Source: Candidatus Sysuiplasma jiujiangense (GTDB lineage: Archaea > Thermoplasmatota > Thermoplasmata > Sysuiplasmatales > Sysuiplasmataceae). From it: DNA of 64,000 nt. The translations under genes and the position numbers were made by a program. Under the pieces are notes generated by a model, which ran no database searches, was not told the origin of the DNA, and worked only from the letters and a program-made list of their open reading frames with translations. The stretch spans positions 248,001-312,000 of the forward strand of contig JAHEAD010000001.1 of the NCBI GenBank assembly GCA_019721075.1, given 5' to 3'. Each line of letters begins with the position of its first letter. Position 1 is the stretch's first letter. Shown here one piece after another: positions 10,028-20,715 of the stretch.

Positions 10028-10408
10028 CTACATTTTAAACTGTCTTTTTTTATCTATTACCATGTCTTCATATTTGCGTGGTAAAACCCATGCCAGATAC
10101 TCTATATCGTCCAAGTTCTTGACGAATTTTGCTTTGCTGTCAACCCTGAGATATTTGATTAGATCATGCGTCTTCTTGACTGAATCCGCGAGCCACCAGG
10201 CTCCGCCGACCATTACAATGGGCCCTATGACCATTAGCCAGTATATCCAATTACCAAACGCCTTTATGGCCGGCTGAAACGGTAAAAGGTAGGCCGGGAG
10301 TGTGCCGACGAATATCCCGATCGATGCAATGAACGTTGCCAGTAGGCCAATCGCGAACAATAACGTCGACAGTTCGAACCTGTACTCTCTGCTGAATGAT
10401 TTTGCCAT
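10028..10408 (-). CDS. Small membrane protein (DUF3198-like)
   Basis: Two TM helices followed by SKAKFVKNLDDIEYLAWVLP; family call from recollection. Confidence 0.6.
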   Translation of the reverse strand: MAKSFSREYRFELSTLLFAIGLLATFIASIGIFVGTLPAYLLPFQPAIKAFGNWIYWLMVIGPIVMVGGAWWLADSVKKTHDLIKYLRVDSKAKFVKNLDDIEYLAWVLPRKYEDMVIDKKRQFKM

Positions 10409-10540
10409 GGTACACTACCATCGTTAACAGGCACGTTTCTTTAACTTTCGTACGTAACAGGTTCCAAGGCTATTTAAATCATGCACTTGTCAGTAAACAT
10501 TGGATAATAAACTTAAAACATCCAACCCTCCATCAGTGAG

Positions 10541-11935
10541 ATGCTGAAGACGGAACGGGAGAATATGGTGTTTTTCATCGGAGTTGATGATACTGATTCA
10601 GTGCATGGGATGTGTACAACATTCCTCATTACTGAAATAATCAGGGAACTGGGTTTTCCTGTCCTCTTTGGTTATCCAAAACTCGTCAGACTTAATCCGA
10701 ATATTCCGTGGAAGACACGCGGCAACGGGGCTCTCGCACTGGGTATTGGTGGTGATCCTTCTACTTCTTTCAGAATAGGCGAACTCTCCGGCTCGCCTGT
10801 TTACATGTCCTTGAACAAATCAAAGGAAAACACCGACATCGAACCCATAAAAAGGCGTGTTTATTCGGTCGTAAACACCCTCTCACAACTGGATGATGAA
10901 AACACCAATCCGGGCTTGGTAATCAGCCAGAAAGAGATTGATTCCACTCTCTACTGGAAGGCGGTAAGGGGATTAGTTGAAAAAGACGAAGCCCTCGGGT
11001 ATGCGAAATCGGTAAACGCAGCGACCTTTGAGTGGAAAAATGGGAGGGGAATTATTGGGGCTGCTTCCGCTCTGGCGTGGAAAGCACACAGGGCGACGTA
11101 TGAAATCCTAAGTTACAGGAAGGAGGAGCTTATTGGCACAAAAAGGGAAGTAAACGACGGCGACGTTGCCAAACTGAGTAACTTATTTCCGACAACATTC
11201 AACAATTATGATGAGGAAACCAGGCATTCCTGCATTTACCCCGCCTCCCCATGTCCCGTGCTCTTTGGTATCAGGGGGACAGATCCGTCCGTTCTTCCTT
11301 CTGCGATGAACGCGGTGAGGAGCGAAACTCGTGACAGATGGATCATTTTTGAAACAAACCAGGGGACTGATGATCACATCGAAACACTCAGCGGGGCGCC
11401 GTCCCTCTTTCACTCATATCTAATTACAGGCCAGGTAACCACAAGGCCGGCTGTTGTGGAGGGCGGTCATGTCTTTTTCGGGATTACCACAGGGAATGGA
11501 ATAACCATAGATTGTGCTGTATTTGAAGAGACCAAAAATCTCAGAACATGCGTCAGGAAATTGTATCCGGGTGATAGAGTATCAGTCTGGGGAGCTTTCA
11601 AGCCAAACGCGCGCGATGTGGGAACCGGGATGCTGAACCTCGAAAAGTTTGCACTGATCGCCGTTGCGCCACGTTTCATAAAGAAAGGCAACCCGGTCTG
11701 TGAAAGTTGCTGCAGGAAAATGGAATCTGCGGGTAAGGGGAAAGGGTACAGATGCAGGAAATGCGGAACAAAAGCGAGGTTTCCGCAGACGGCTTTGGCT
11801 GAATCTGATTTGAAGGAGGGTGTTTATTCTGCGACAGCATCCTCGAGGAGACACCTTTCTATGCCGGTTGAACTGATGGAAAAGGAATATCTCACTGCGG
11901 TAGGGAAAGAGGCTACACACTGGCAGCAAAAGTAA
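10541..11935 (+). CDS. tiaS: tRNA(Ile2) agmatinylcytidine synthetase
   Basis: GVDDTDS..GMCTT, LVRLNPNIPWKTRGNGA, TNQGTDDH and a C-terminal Zn ribbon. Confidence 0.95.
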   Translation: MLKTERENMVFFIGVDDTDSVHGMCTTFLITEIIRELGFPVLFGYPKLVRLNPNIPWKTRGNGALALGIGGDPSTSFRIGELSGSPVYMSLNKSKENTDIEPIKRRVYSVVNTLSQLDDENTNPGLVISQKEIDSTLYWKAVRGLVEKDEALGYAKSVNAATFEWKNGRGIIGAASALAWKAHRATYEILSYRKEELIGTKREVNDGDVAKLSNLFPTTFNNYDEETRHSCIYPASPCPVLFGIRGTDPSVLPSAMNAVRSETRDRWIIFETNQGTDDHIETLSGAPSLFHSYLITGQVTTRPAVVEGGHVFFGITTGNGITIDCAVFEETKNLRTCVRKLYPGDRVSVWGAFKPNARDVGTGMLNLEKFALIAVAPRFIKKGNPVCESCCRKMESAGKGKGYRCRKCGTKARFPQTALAESDLKEGVYSATASSRRHLSMPVELMEKEYLTAVGKEATHWQQK

Positions 11936-11971
11936 ATTAGCTGCACTCTGCAAAACAATAACTATATTTGC

Positions 11972-13192
11972 ATGAATATGAAGGTGATTACAATGGCTAA
12001 GAATGGGCGCAGGTTTGAGGAAGCGTTTGTCGTCTCAGCCGTAAGGACCCCCGTAGGTAAATTTGGTGGCATCTACAGGGAAACAACCGCTATTAAGTTA
12101 GGAACAGCGGTTGTCCGCCACGCTATTTCCGAGGCAGGCATTTCAGCTGAGGATGTTGAGGAAGTCATCCTGGGAAATGTATTGCCTGCGGGTCTTGGTC
12201 AGTCACCTGCGAGGCAGTGTGCGATACATTCTGGAGTTCCCCTTTCCTCGGGATCCTTTTCTGTCAACAAGGTCTGTGGCTCTGGATTGAAGGCGATTAT
12301 GCTTGCAGCCAATTCTGTGAGGGCTGGAGAAAACGGCATTATAGTCGCCGGCGGCATCGAGAACATGAGTATGTCTCCCTATATTTCCAAATCCGCCCGC
12401 TGGGGAAGCAGGTACGGCAATAGCGAACTCCAGGACTCTATGATAGTGGACGGTCTCTGGGACGCCTACAATAATTTTCACATGATGATAACGGGAGAAA
12501 TTGTTGCGGAGCGCTTCAACGTATCACGTGAGGAAGCAGACACATTTGCATACGGCAGCCAGAAAAAAGCCCTTAAGGCTACAGAGGAGGGCTATTTCAG
12601 AGAGGAAACCGTTCCAATGGATATAACGAAGGATGGAAAACAGATGGAGATTGTAAGGGATGAAGGCATAAGACCAGATACAACACTTGAAAAACTGGCG
12701 GCACTGAAACCCAAATTCAAGGAGAATGGTATTTGCACGGCTGGAAATTCATCACAGCTCAGCGACGGTGCTTCAGCAGTTGTTATAATGTCAGAAAGTA
12801 GGGTTGAGGAAATGGGGATAAAGCCTATTGCCAGGATAGTTGACTACATCACCGGCGGAACGAGACCCGAATGGGTTATGGAGGCGCCTATAGAAACGAC
12901 AAGGAAGCTCCTCAAAAGGAATGATATGGACATAGACTCTATAGACCTTGTCGAACACAATGAAGCTTATGCCTCCGCAAGTGTGGCTGTAAGGAAGGCA
13001 CTGGGGATAGATAAAAGGAAATTCAACATTACTGGCGGTGCGGTTGCCCTCGGCCATCCGCTTGGTGCAAGTGGTGCGAGGATCACTACAACCCTCCTGC
13101 ACAACATGAAAAGACTGAAAAGGGACAGCGGGCTCTCAACACTTTGCCTTGGCGGCGGGAACGCGGTCTCGATGTTGTTCGAGAGGTGTTGA
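11972..13192 (+). CDS. Acetyl-CoA acetyltransferase (thiolase)
   Basis: NKVCGSG, NEAYA, GHPLGASG and LCLGGG motifs. Confidence 0.95.
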   Translation: MNMKVITMAKNGRRFEEAFVVSAVRTPVGKFGGIYRETTAIKLGTAVVRHAISEAGISAEDVEEVILGNVLPAGLGQSPARQCAIHSGVPLSSGSFSVNKVCGSGLKAIMLAANSVRAGENGIIVAGGIENMSMSPYISKSARWGSRYGNSELQDSMIVDGLWDAYNNFHMMITGEIVAERFNVSREEADTFAYGSQKKALKATEEGYFREETVPMDITKDGKQMEIVRDEGIRPDTTLEKLAALKPKFKENGICTAGNSSQLSDGASAVVIMSESRVEEMGIKPIARIVDYITGGTRPEWVMEAPIETTRKLLKRNDMDIDSIDLVEHNEAYASASVAVRKALGIDKRKFNITGGAVALGHPLGASGARITTTLLHNMKRLKRDSGLSTLCLGGGNAVSMLFERC

Positions 13193-13193
13193 T

Positions 13194-14036
13194 TTGCCTG
13201 CGATAGGAGTAGTCGGGCTTGGCACGATGGGAACAGGTATTGCACAGGTCTGCATAGAGGCAGGTTATGATGTTGTCGCACTTGACGTAAATCAGTCTAT
13301 TGTTGACGGTGCAATTGCGAAGATAAGGAAAGGCATTGACAAAAGGGTTGAAAAGGGACTGATGGACGCTGCTGCCGCAGGCAAAGCGCTGAATAGGTTA
13401 ACCGGGACCGTCTCATTTAGCGATATTTCATCCTGTTTCATGGTCATCGAAGCTGTTTTTGAGAAACTGGATGTGAAGAGCAGGGCCATTTCGAGGATAG
13501 CCGACTCAGTCAGCGACGAGGCTGTGATCGGGACGAATACATCGTCCATTTCAATTACACTGCTTTCCAGAAATGCCAGGATCCCCGGTAATTTTCTCGG
13601 CATGCACTTTTTCAATCCTGTTGCGCTGATGCCGATTGTTGAAATAGTAAGCGGACTGGAAACTTCAGAACACTCGCTTTCGATCGCAAAAACAGTTGCA
13701 AAAAGGATGGGAAAAGAAACAGTCGGGGCAAAGGACTATCCGGGTTTTGTTTCAAACAGGATACTCATGCCAATGATCAATGAAGCGGTCTTTGCACTGA
13801 TGGAGGGTGTTTCAAGCCGGGAGGGTATTGACAGGATAATGAAACTCGGTATGAATCATCCCATGGGTCCCCTTGAACTGGCGGATTTCATCGGTCTTGA
13901 CATTTGCCTGGATATAATGAATGTTCTACATGCCGGATTTGGGGATTCGAAATATCGTCCTGCCCCTTTGCTGGTGAACATGGTAAACGCAGGTAAACTC
14001 GGGAAAAAGAGCGGCGAGGGTTTTTATAAATACTGA
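13194..14036 (+). CDS. 3-hydroxybutyryl/3-hydroxyacyl-CoA dehydrogenase
   Basis: GLGTMG, NTSSISI, GMHFFNP and HPMGP motifs. TTG start after GAGGTG. Confidence 0.93.
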   Translation: MPAIGVVGLGTMGTGIAQVCIEAGYDVVALDVNQSIVDGAIAKIRKGIDKRVEKGLMDAAAAGKALNRLTGTVSFSDISSCFMVIEAVFEKLDVKSRAISRIADSVSDEAVIGTNTSSISITLLSRNARIPGNFLGMHFFNPVALMPIVEIVSGLETSEHSLSIAKTVAKRMGKETVGAKDYPGFVSNRILMPMINEAVFALMEGVSSREGIDRIMKLGMNHPMGPLELADFIGLDICLDIMNVLHAGFGDSKYRPAPLLVNMVNAGKLGKKSGEGFYKY

Positions 14037-14123
14037 TAGTATGCTTTCTGCAAGCTAACAACACAGGCAGCAACTCATCTCAAACTAGTTGAGCGCCACT
14101 AGTGTGCAAATGCCCCCTCACTC

Positions 14124-15611
14124 TCAGGTTGCTGATGCAGAAACATCCCCGTTCTCCCCTGTTTTGGTTTTTGCAAGCGCAGAATAAAGACCTATGGCCA
14201 TCGAAATAGCAATCCAGACAGCCCAGAATATGTTAACATAGTAAGGGAGGGGATCGGCCGAGTGCATTAGCCTCACTAAACCGATGACTATGCTTGCTGA
14301 AATTATTGCAAAGGTAAGGATGTTCAGTGAAAGGGCTCTGATCCCCACTGCTCCTGGTTTCTTTGATGTTACGTTGAATGGCTTTTTCTTACGCATCATC
14401 CAGTTTAGGAACGAGGTGGTGATTACCCAAAAATCGAGCATTTCAACACCCTGATGCAGCATTGCCCCTTTAAAGCCGTAATCTTTCCCCCCCACGATTA
14501 TTGTGATTGCCATGGCCGCAAAGAAGAAAGGTATGAATACGGCAGCATAGAACAGAAAACTCACGGACATGTAAGCCAGCCCCAATGCAAGAAAAACAAT
14601 CGGCGCAATTATTTCAATGAGAGTCATGGGGCCTTCCTTCAGCCAGTAAAGATCTCCGAAGAGGAAATCAGCAAACTGCCGGAACGAAATGTTGCTTTTA
14701 AGCATGGGGGCAAGAAGCTGAAAGCCTCCAAGACTCCATCTGGCCTGCTGGGAGAAAAATGACTTAGCATCCATCGGCGGGACACCGTAATAAACAAGAT
14801 CTTTGTCCAGGTATACACCATGATATCCTCTCTCTATTATTCTCAGCGAAGTGGCGATGTCCTCTGTAACTGTGTCCTCCCGGAAATAGCCGGCTTCTGC
14901 AACCGCTTTCAGTCTGAAAGCGGTCCCGCTTCCAAGGCTGAATGTGGAATCCGCTGTCGATCTGCCGTTCATTACTATATGAAGGAAAGGCAGCTGCATG
15001 TAATTGGCCGCACGGGCGATCAACGTATTGTTTTCCGAATATTTTTGAGGAAGCTGCACGAAGCCCACAGTTTCATCATTGAAAATTTGAAGTATTTCGT
15101 CGAAGAACGAGGAAGTGGGACGCTGGTCTGCATCGAATAATGCGAATATGTCGATATTGTTGAGTGTCCTCAGGATATCGTTAATTGCACCAGCCTTGTA
15201 ACCTCTCCTGTTATCTCTGTGCACATACTCCACGTTTAGCAGTTTGCAGTATTTCCGCAGTTCCTCCGATTTAGCTCCGTTGGTGGAGTCATCGGCCACA
15301 ATGACTCTTCCTCCGCCTGTAGCCAGCTTGACCGAAATAATGGTATCCCTGACCAATGAAGGCTCTTCATTGTAACTGGCGATGACTGAACACACCCTGT
15401 AAATTTTTGGCGTGTAGGTCTGAGAATTAACTGTTTTCCGTTTCCTCCCGTACTGCCATAGGAAGTAAAGGAAAGAAAGGATGCTGATTTCGCTTCCCAG
15501 CAGGACAAGGTATGTCAGCGGTACGTAGTATGCTTCCGGGCTGACAAACCATGAAAATGGAACAGGCGCAATGAATATTGAAACAAAAAAAGAGATGTTT
15601 ACTGCCCGCAT
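14124..15611 (-). CDS. Processive GT2 glycosyltransferase, cellulose-synthase-like
   Basis: DD, KAG, DAD, TED and QQARW motifs; multiple TM helices. Confidence 0.88.
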   Translation of the reverse strand: MRAVNISFFVSIFIAPVPFSWFVSPEAYYVPLTYLVLLGSEISILSFLYFLWQYGRKRKTVNSQTYTPKIYRVCSVIASYNEEPSLVRDTIISVKLATGGGRVIVADDSTNGAKSEELRKYCKLLNVEYVHRDNRRGYKAGAINDILRTLNNIDIFALFDADQRPTSSFFDEILQIFNDETVGFVQLPQKYSENNTLIARAANYMQLPFLHIVMNGRSTADSTFSLGSGTAFRLKAVAEAGYFREDTVTEDIATSLRIIERGYHGVYLDKDLVYYGVPPMDAKSFFSQQARWSLGGFQLLAPMLKSNISFRQFADFLFGDLYWLKEGPMTLIEIIAPIVFLALGLAYMSVSFLFYAAVFIPFFFAAMAITIIVGGKDYGFKGAMLHQGVEMLDFWVITTSFLNWMMRKKKPFNVTSKKPGAVGIRALSLNILTFAIISASIVIGLVRLMHSADPLPYYVNIFWAVWIAISMAIGLYSALAKTKTGENGDVSASAT

Positions 15612-15612
15612 C

Positions 15613-16260
15613 TCATCTCAACTGTTCACAAAAACTTTCTTCTTCCTTCTTGAAAAGTTTTATTCCTTTGTCTGAAGATGCAAGAATTATCTTGCTCAGC
15701 GCATCAGTGATATCCTCTGTAATTATTAGGAATGAGAACCTGGATCCCTCGGTCATGTTTATTTTTTTCATATCTGTATAGAGTGCTCTTACAAAACTCC
15801 TGATAATCAGGTTGCTTTCTGTCATTGCGGTAATGGAGATCGGTATAAGGTCAAGAAGGTTGAAGAGTATGAGTGTGCCGGCATTATGCTTCTTCATAGC
15901 CAGGTATATTTCATTGAAGAGCTCTTTTTCATATTTTCTTATACCTTCAATGTCGTTTGTTCTGTACCTTCTGGAACTGAGCGATTCCGAGAAAATTTCA
16001 AACTCAATATTTTTCATATTCCTCGGATCTATTGTTCTCTTCGCCCTCTCCATTTCTGTGATGTCGGTCAGCAGTATGAGCGTTCTTCTGTAAATCGGGA
16101 CAGCAGGAAACGCGATCCAGTCGACAAAGGACCACAAATTGCTGCCGGGATCCCAGAATACGGTAGTAACCGCCGGCTGAAGCACCGTGAATGCAATGTC
16201 TTCATTGGAAAAGTTTTTCGAAACCTTGTAAATAGAACTCATCCGGCAGTTCTTCGGCAA
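15613..16260 (-). CDS. Hypothetical protein co-oriented with the GT2 gene (possible degenerate RecA/KaiC-like fold)
   Basis: 215-aa ORF ending 1 nt before the GT2 start; alpha/beta pattern with no intact Walker A. Confidence 0.55.
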   Translation of the reverse strand: MPKNCRMSSIYKVSKNFSNEDIAFTVLQPAVTTVFWDPGSNLWSFVDWIAFPAVPIYRRTLILLTDITEMERAKRTIDPRNMKNIEFEIFSESLSSRRYRTNDIEGIRKYEKELFNEIYLAMKKHNAGTLILFNLLDLIPISITAMTESNLIIRSFVRALYTDMKKINMTEGSRFSFLIITEDITDALSKIILASSDKGIKLFKKEEESFCEQLR

Positions 16261-16401
16261 TACTGTATTTTAGCTTTATCCCTCCTTTATCAACAATGAA
16301 AAAAGGTACCGCCGCCATTTTCCGGGCGAAATCAGCGTCCGGCAACATTTGCTCAATCAGTCAAGATATTAAATATTAAATGCCAATAGAAGCACGTACA
16401 C

Positions 16402-17364
16402 ATGGAAACAGCAAAGCCCCAGTCGTCTGATGAACACACAACATACATTTCCTTCTCCCGCCAGGAGTGGAAGAAGCTCAGGGATTCGACGCCTCTCACA
16501 CTTACTCTTGCGGATCTTGAGAATATACGGGGAATAAACGAAATGATTTCTCTGGAGGAGGTTGTTGATGTTTACCTTCCCTTGTCGAGATTGCTCAACC
16601 TTTATTATCTGGCTTCTCAGCGGCTTTATGAGGCAAGGAGAACATTTCTCGGTAGAGTCGACGACCGGGTCCCCTTCATTATAGGGATTGCAGGGAGTGT
16701 TGCGGTGGGAAAGAGCACCATTTCAAGGCTGCTGAAAACACTTCTGTCGAAGTGGCCGGAATCTCCCAGAGTGGAGCTTTTGCCGACGGATGGTTTCCTT
16801 TATCCAAACAGCGAACTGAAAAAAAGGGGCGTTATGAACAGGAAGGGTTTCCCTGAGAGCTACAATCTTAAGGAACTTATTCATTTTCTCTATGAACTCA
16901 AGTCCGGCAACGCAAATCTGAAGGTTCCCGTTTACAGTCACATACGTTACGACATTGTTCCGGGTGAATTTACGGTTGTAGATTCACCGGACATTGTCAT
17001 ACTCGAGGGCCTCAACGTTCTCCAGACCAGAAGCATTCGCCATTCGAAGGAACCGGAGCTTATGGTTTCTGATTTTTTTGATTTTTCAATTTACATTGAT
17101 GCCGACGAGACCTACATCAAAAGGTGGTTCACAGAGAGATTCGGCGTATTGAGGGACACAGCATTCAGGAGGAAGGATTCCTATTTTCACTCATTCGCCA
17201 GGCTCTCGCAGGAGGAAACGGAGATCACCGCTTCCAGAATATGGAACGAGATAAACGCAGTTAATTTAAGGGAAAATATTGCGCCCACAAGGTACCATGC
17301 GCACCTTATACTGGAAAAGGGCGAAAATCATGAGATCCTTGGCGTCAAGATGAGGAAGATTTGA
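16402..17364 (+). CDS. coaA: Type I pantothenate kinase
   Basis: YLPLSRLL, GIAGSVAVGKST, DGFLYPN, KGFPESY, PVYSH and EGLNVLQ, as in bacterial CoaA. Confidence 0.95.
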   Translation: METAKPQSSDEHTTYISFSRQEWKKLRDSTPLTLTLADLENIRGINEMISLEEVVDVYLPLSRLLNLYYLASQRLYEARRTFLGRVDDRVPFIIGIAGSVAVGKSTISRLLKTLLSKWPESPRVELLPTDGFLYPNSELKKRGVMNRKGFPESYNLKELIHFLYELKSGNANLKVPVYSHIRYDIVPGEFTVVDSPDIVILEGLNVLQTRSIRHSKEPELMVSDFFDFSIYIDADETYIKRWFTERFGVLRDTAFRRKDSYFHSFARLSQEETEITASRIWNEINAVNLRENIAPTRYHAHLILEKGENHEILGVKMRKI

Positions 17365-17404
17365 AAGATCAGCAGTCAGGACAATAATGGGTTGGTGTAA
17401 ATTA

Positions 17405-17977
17405 TCATTCTCGTGCCATACCGAAGTCCTCCTCAATTTTGTACACTGTTTTTTCAAGAATTGTCCTCATGAGGGATACCGCAGCAACCCCAACGACTAT
17501 GACCAGCAGTCCGTACAGGCCAACTCTGCCGATAACAAAGACTATGCCTATTGCAACTGCTGGCGGGTGCTCTAACCCTGCTATCACAATAATGAAAGAA
17601 ATGAGCATTTCAACTACCGCAACTGTGTAATAAACACCTGCGGCCGGGATCAGCAGTGTTCCGCCTAAGCCAGCTACTGCCGCGACAAAGTAGCTGCCTG
17701 CAAATTTGTATATTTTCGCATGCCTGCTCCGGGGAAACATGTATAATATGAAAGCACTTGAGCCAAAGGAAGCGAATATGACAAGTCTGGATCCCTCGCC
17801 TATCAATAGATGTGTTTTGACGATGTTTATTATAAATGCAAGAACCGCAACAGTGATGCCGATCATGATCGAAGGTATGATGCTGCCACGTATCGGCGCT
17901 GGAATCCGTGAACCACTCGTGTAATCCGTTTTGACCGCTTCCTGAATCCTGTGAATGTGCTGTTGCATGTTCCACAT
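17405..17977 (-). CDS. HPP family membrane protein
   Basis: ASFGSSA and HPPA motifs; several TM helices. Confidence 0.85.
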   Translation of the reverse strand: MWNMQQHIHRIQEAVKTDYTSGSRIPAPIRGSIIPSIMIGITVAVLAFIINIVKTHLLIGEGSRLVIFASFGSSAFILYMFPRSRHAKIYKFAGSYFVAAVAGLGGTLLIPAAGVYYTVAVVEMLISFIIVIAGLEHPPAVAIGIVFVIGRVGLYGLLVIVVGVAAVSLMRTILEKTVYKIEEDFGMARE

Positions 17978-18058
17978 ATGAACTTATGGAAACACAGACA
18001 GGATAACAGGGGCATAAAGTATAAGTTATTCAGTCAATTGTACAGCCGGTCTGTCCGG

Positions 18059-19360
18059 TTGAATTCCCACAAACCTTTGGTATACAGTGAATCACATAGG
18101 GTGATTTTTGCCGCATGGCTTGGATGGCTTATGGACGGCTATGTAAGCATAAGCTATCTTATTCAGGCATCCGTTGTGAGTGTTCTCTTCTTCCCCGGCA
18201 GTTTCAGCATTGGATATTTTCTTGCGTTTGGAGTCAACGGCATAGCCAGGGCAATAGGCTCGATACTCCTTGGAAATTTCATAGGTGACAGAATAGGCAG
18301 GAAGAAAATGCTCGTCGTCTCGGTTGGTCTTTTCTCAATATCCACTGCCTCTCTGGGCATTCTGCCGACCTACAGGGAAGGCGGAATTGCCGTCTCAATC
18401 ACCGTCTTTATCCTTCTCTTCCTGATGGGTATCTTCGCCGGAGCGGAATATGGCGGCGGTACTGCATTGTCAATGGAGAGCGTCCCGCCTGAGAAGAGGA
18501 ATCTGTACGGTGCGTTCGTTCAGAGCGGCTTCGGCTTCGGTTATCTCATTCTGTCAGGTGTTTTTGCCTTCCTCAGCGCTGTCTACGGCCCTTCATATAG
18601 CATCATAGGATGGCGTGTTCTCTTTCTGTCCACCTTGATACCTGGCGCGCTTACATTCCTGATCAGGGCATTTACGCCTGAATCGCAGGTCTTTGAGGAA
18701 ACGGAAGCTAATGAAGGGCTGGAGAAGACACCTGTAGTTAAGCTTTTTCAAGATATGTGGGGCAAACTCGCAATAGTTGTCGCAATCACCGCAGGCCTAC
18801 TTTACATCAATACCTCCACATTTTCGCTGTACCCTTACATACTGGGAACAGTCAATGGATTTGGTGGCACCACTATTGGATTGCTTCTGCTGGTCGTCAA
18901 CCTGATATCTGTCGTAGGTGTAATTCTTGGCGGCCTTTACGCCGGAAGGAACAGGAACAGAATCCGATTCATTCTTCTCTACACGCTTATATTCCTGGCG
19001 GTTTCCGTACCGGTTGATATTGTAGCTTTCGGCAGAAATGTTATCACCACAGGCATTGCTTTTTCCATACAGGCATTTGTTGAAGCAATGATATTTTCTA
19101 CACTCCCTGCATTCATGTCGGAGGCATTTAGTAAAAAGTACAGAACAACTGCGGTTGGTCTTGCATATAATCTTGGCTCGACATTCGGCGCGTTTGCGAT
19201 TGTCATTGCACCCCTGAGTGCAATCGCACTCGGGTGGCCAGTCGCATGGATATCCAACCTTCTGATAGCAGGCATTGTCCTTTTTGGTGCTGCTTTTGCG
19301 TCTGTCTACGCAATGAGCTCCAGGGCCGGGAAGGAGAACGTGGATATGATTTTAGAGTAA
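18059..19360 (+). CDS. MFS transporter (start approximate)
   Basis: GDRIGRKK and GAEYGG motifs; about 12 TM helices. Confidence 0.9.
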   Translation: MNSHKPLVYSESHRVIFAAWLGWLMDGYVSISYLIQASVVSVLFFPGSFSIGYFLAFGVNGIARAIGSILLGNFIGDRIGRKKMLVVSVGLFSISTASLGILPTYREGGIAVSITVFILLFLMGIFAGAEYGGGTALSMESVPPEKRNLYGAFVQSGFGFGYLILSGVFAFLSAVYGPSYSIIGWRVLFLSTLIPGALTFLIRAFTPESQVFEETEANEGLEKTPVVKLFQDMWGKLAIVVAITAGLLYINTSTFSLYPYILGTVNGFGGTTIGLLLLVVNLISVVGVILGGLYAGRNRNRIRFILLYTLIFLAVSVPVDIVAFGRNVITTGIAFSIQAFVEAMIFSTLPAFMSEAFSKKYRTTAVGLAYNLGSTFGAFAIVIAPLSAIALGWPVAWISNLLIAGIVLFGAAFASVYAMSSRAGKENVDMILE

Positions 19361-19385
19361 AGATGCCCCTTTTCTGCCGGAGAAC

Positions 19386-20651
19386 TCAATGCTCCTCCGC
19401 TCTTCCGGCATTCCTGATTTTTCCCGTGAAACAGAGCAATGATGCAGCTGTTGTGGCTGCCGCAAGTGCAGCAAATGAAGCGTAAAGGCTGCCCAGCACC
19501 CACCGTTCACTCAACAAAACAATTATCAGAGGACTCATTGCTGAACCCAGGCCCACAGACATCCATGCCAGGCTGCTCCCTAGGTATCTGTCGTCTCCGG
19601 AAACCATATGTGTTGCAATGGGAAAGAGAATCGGAAAGCCGCTGAACGCAGCCAGGCTGAAAAATCCCAGGGTAACGACATCGAGATATATGTTGTACGG
19701 ATACAGAAGGAAGAGCAATACGAAGATGCCGGAAATCAGTGTTGTAAGAAAAAGTGTCTTCACCCTTCCGATCCTGTCAGAGACAAGTCCAACAATGATC
19801 TGTCCTGCAATTGGCAGAGCCATTATTGCCGTCATTGTGAGACCCAGATTGATGCCGTAATGTATTATCCCCTCCTCAATGAAGAAAGTCGGAAGGTATA
19901 ACACGACGCCGGTGGACTCCAGATTTCTTATTATGCTCATCGCAAGCAGGGGCCAGATCTCTTTTGTAAGTCTGGCGGAATCGCGGATTCCTGTCCTCTT
20001 TACCGCCGCGGTTTTATCTGCTGAAGGCATCAGATGGGATTTTCGAGAGAAGTATATTTCCATTGGAAGTGCGGCAACTATGCATGCGGCTCCGAGTATT
20101 ATCAATCCGCCATATAGCTTCTCAAGCACAAATGCAGCCACGGACAGTGTAAGGAACAGTGATCTGCCCAGGCTCCCGGCGGAACCGTTGAGACCCAGTG
20201 CGAGACCCAGTTTATTCTCAGGGAAATTATTCTGCACAACGCTGCTTCCGATTGGATGGTAGTAGCTTGACCCGAATCCGGCGAGACATGCGGAGAGCAC
20301 AACACCCACATATGCCGCCATGCCAAATCTCTGTATCATGGATATCGAAATGCCCATTGCCGCGATACCTGCTCCGAGTATGGTAAGCCCCTCGCCCATG
20401 CCCTTTTCAATCTGTCCCCTGTTTTTTGTTGCTGAGACAGCAACAGGGCTGGCGAACGAGGAAAAGAGATAAAAGCATGTTACAACGGCTGCAAGTTCGA
20501 AACTCCCTGATACGTAGTAAGCAAGCGGCGGGAGCAGTACTGGAAATATCGCGCTCTCTCCGTCATTTATGAAGTGCGCCGCCGATGTTGTGGCCAGGAT
20601 TGTGAGATTCCAGCTGAAACTTCCTTCCCCTCTCATTAAATTCTCCGCCAT
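19386..20651 (-). CDS. MFS transporter (Fsr-like)
   Basis: HFIND, YHP and SDRIGR motifs; about 12 TM helices. Confidence 0.88.
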   Translation of the reverse strand: MAENLMRGEGSFSWNLTILATTSAAHFINDGESAIFPVLLPPLAYYVSGSFELAAVVTCFYLFSSFASPVAVSATKNRGQIEKGMGEGLTILGAGIAAMGISISMIQRFGMAAYVGVVLSACLAGFGSSYYHPIGSSVVQNNFPENKLGLALGLNGSAGSLGRSLFLTLSVAAFVLEKLYGGLIILGAACIVAALPMEIYFSRKSHLMPSADKTAAVKRTGIRDSARLTKEIWPLLAMSIIRNLESTGVVLYLPTFFIEEGIIHYGINLGLTMTAIMALPIAGQIIVGLVSDRIGRVKTLFLTTLISGIFVLLFLLYPYNIYLDVVTLGFFSLAAFSGFPILFPIATHMVSGDDRYLGSSLAWMSVGLGSAMSPLIIVLLSERWVLGSLYASFAALAAATTAASLLCFTGKIRNAGRAEEH

Positions 20652-20715
20652 TTCCGGAACCGGTTGAGGTCAGTTTCAGACAGGGTGCGCGTGCCGGCCG
20701 CCGAATTCCCAGCCT

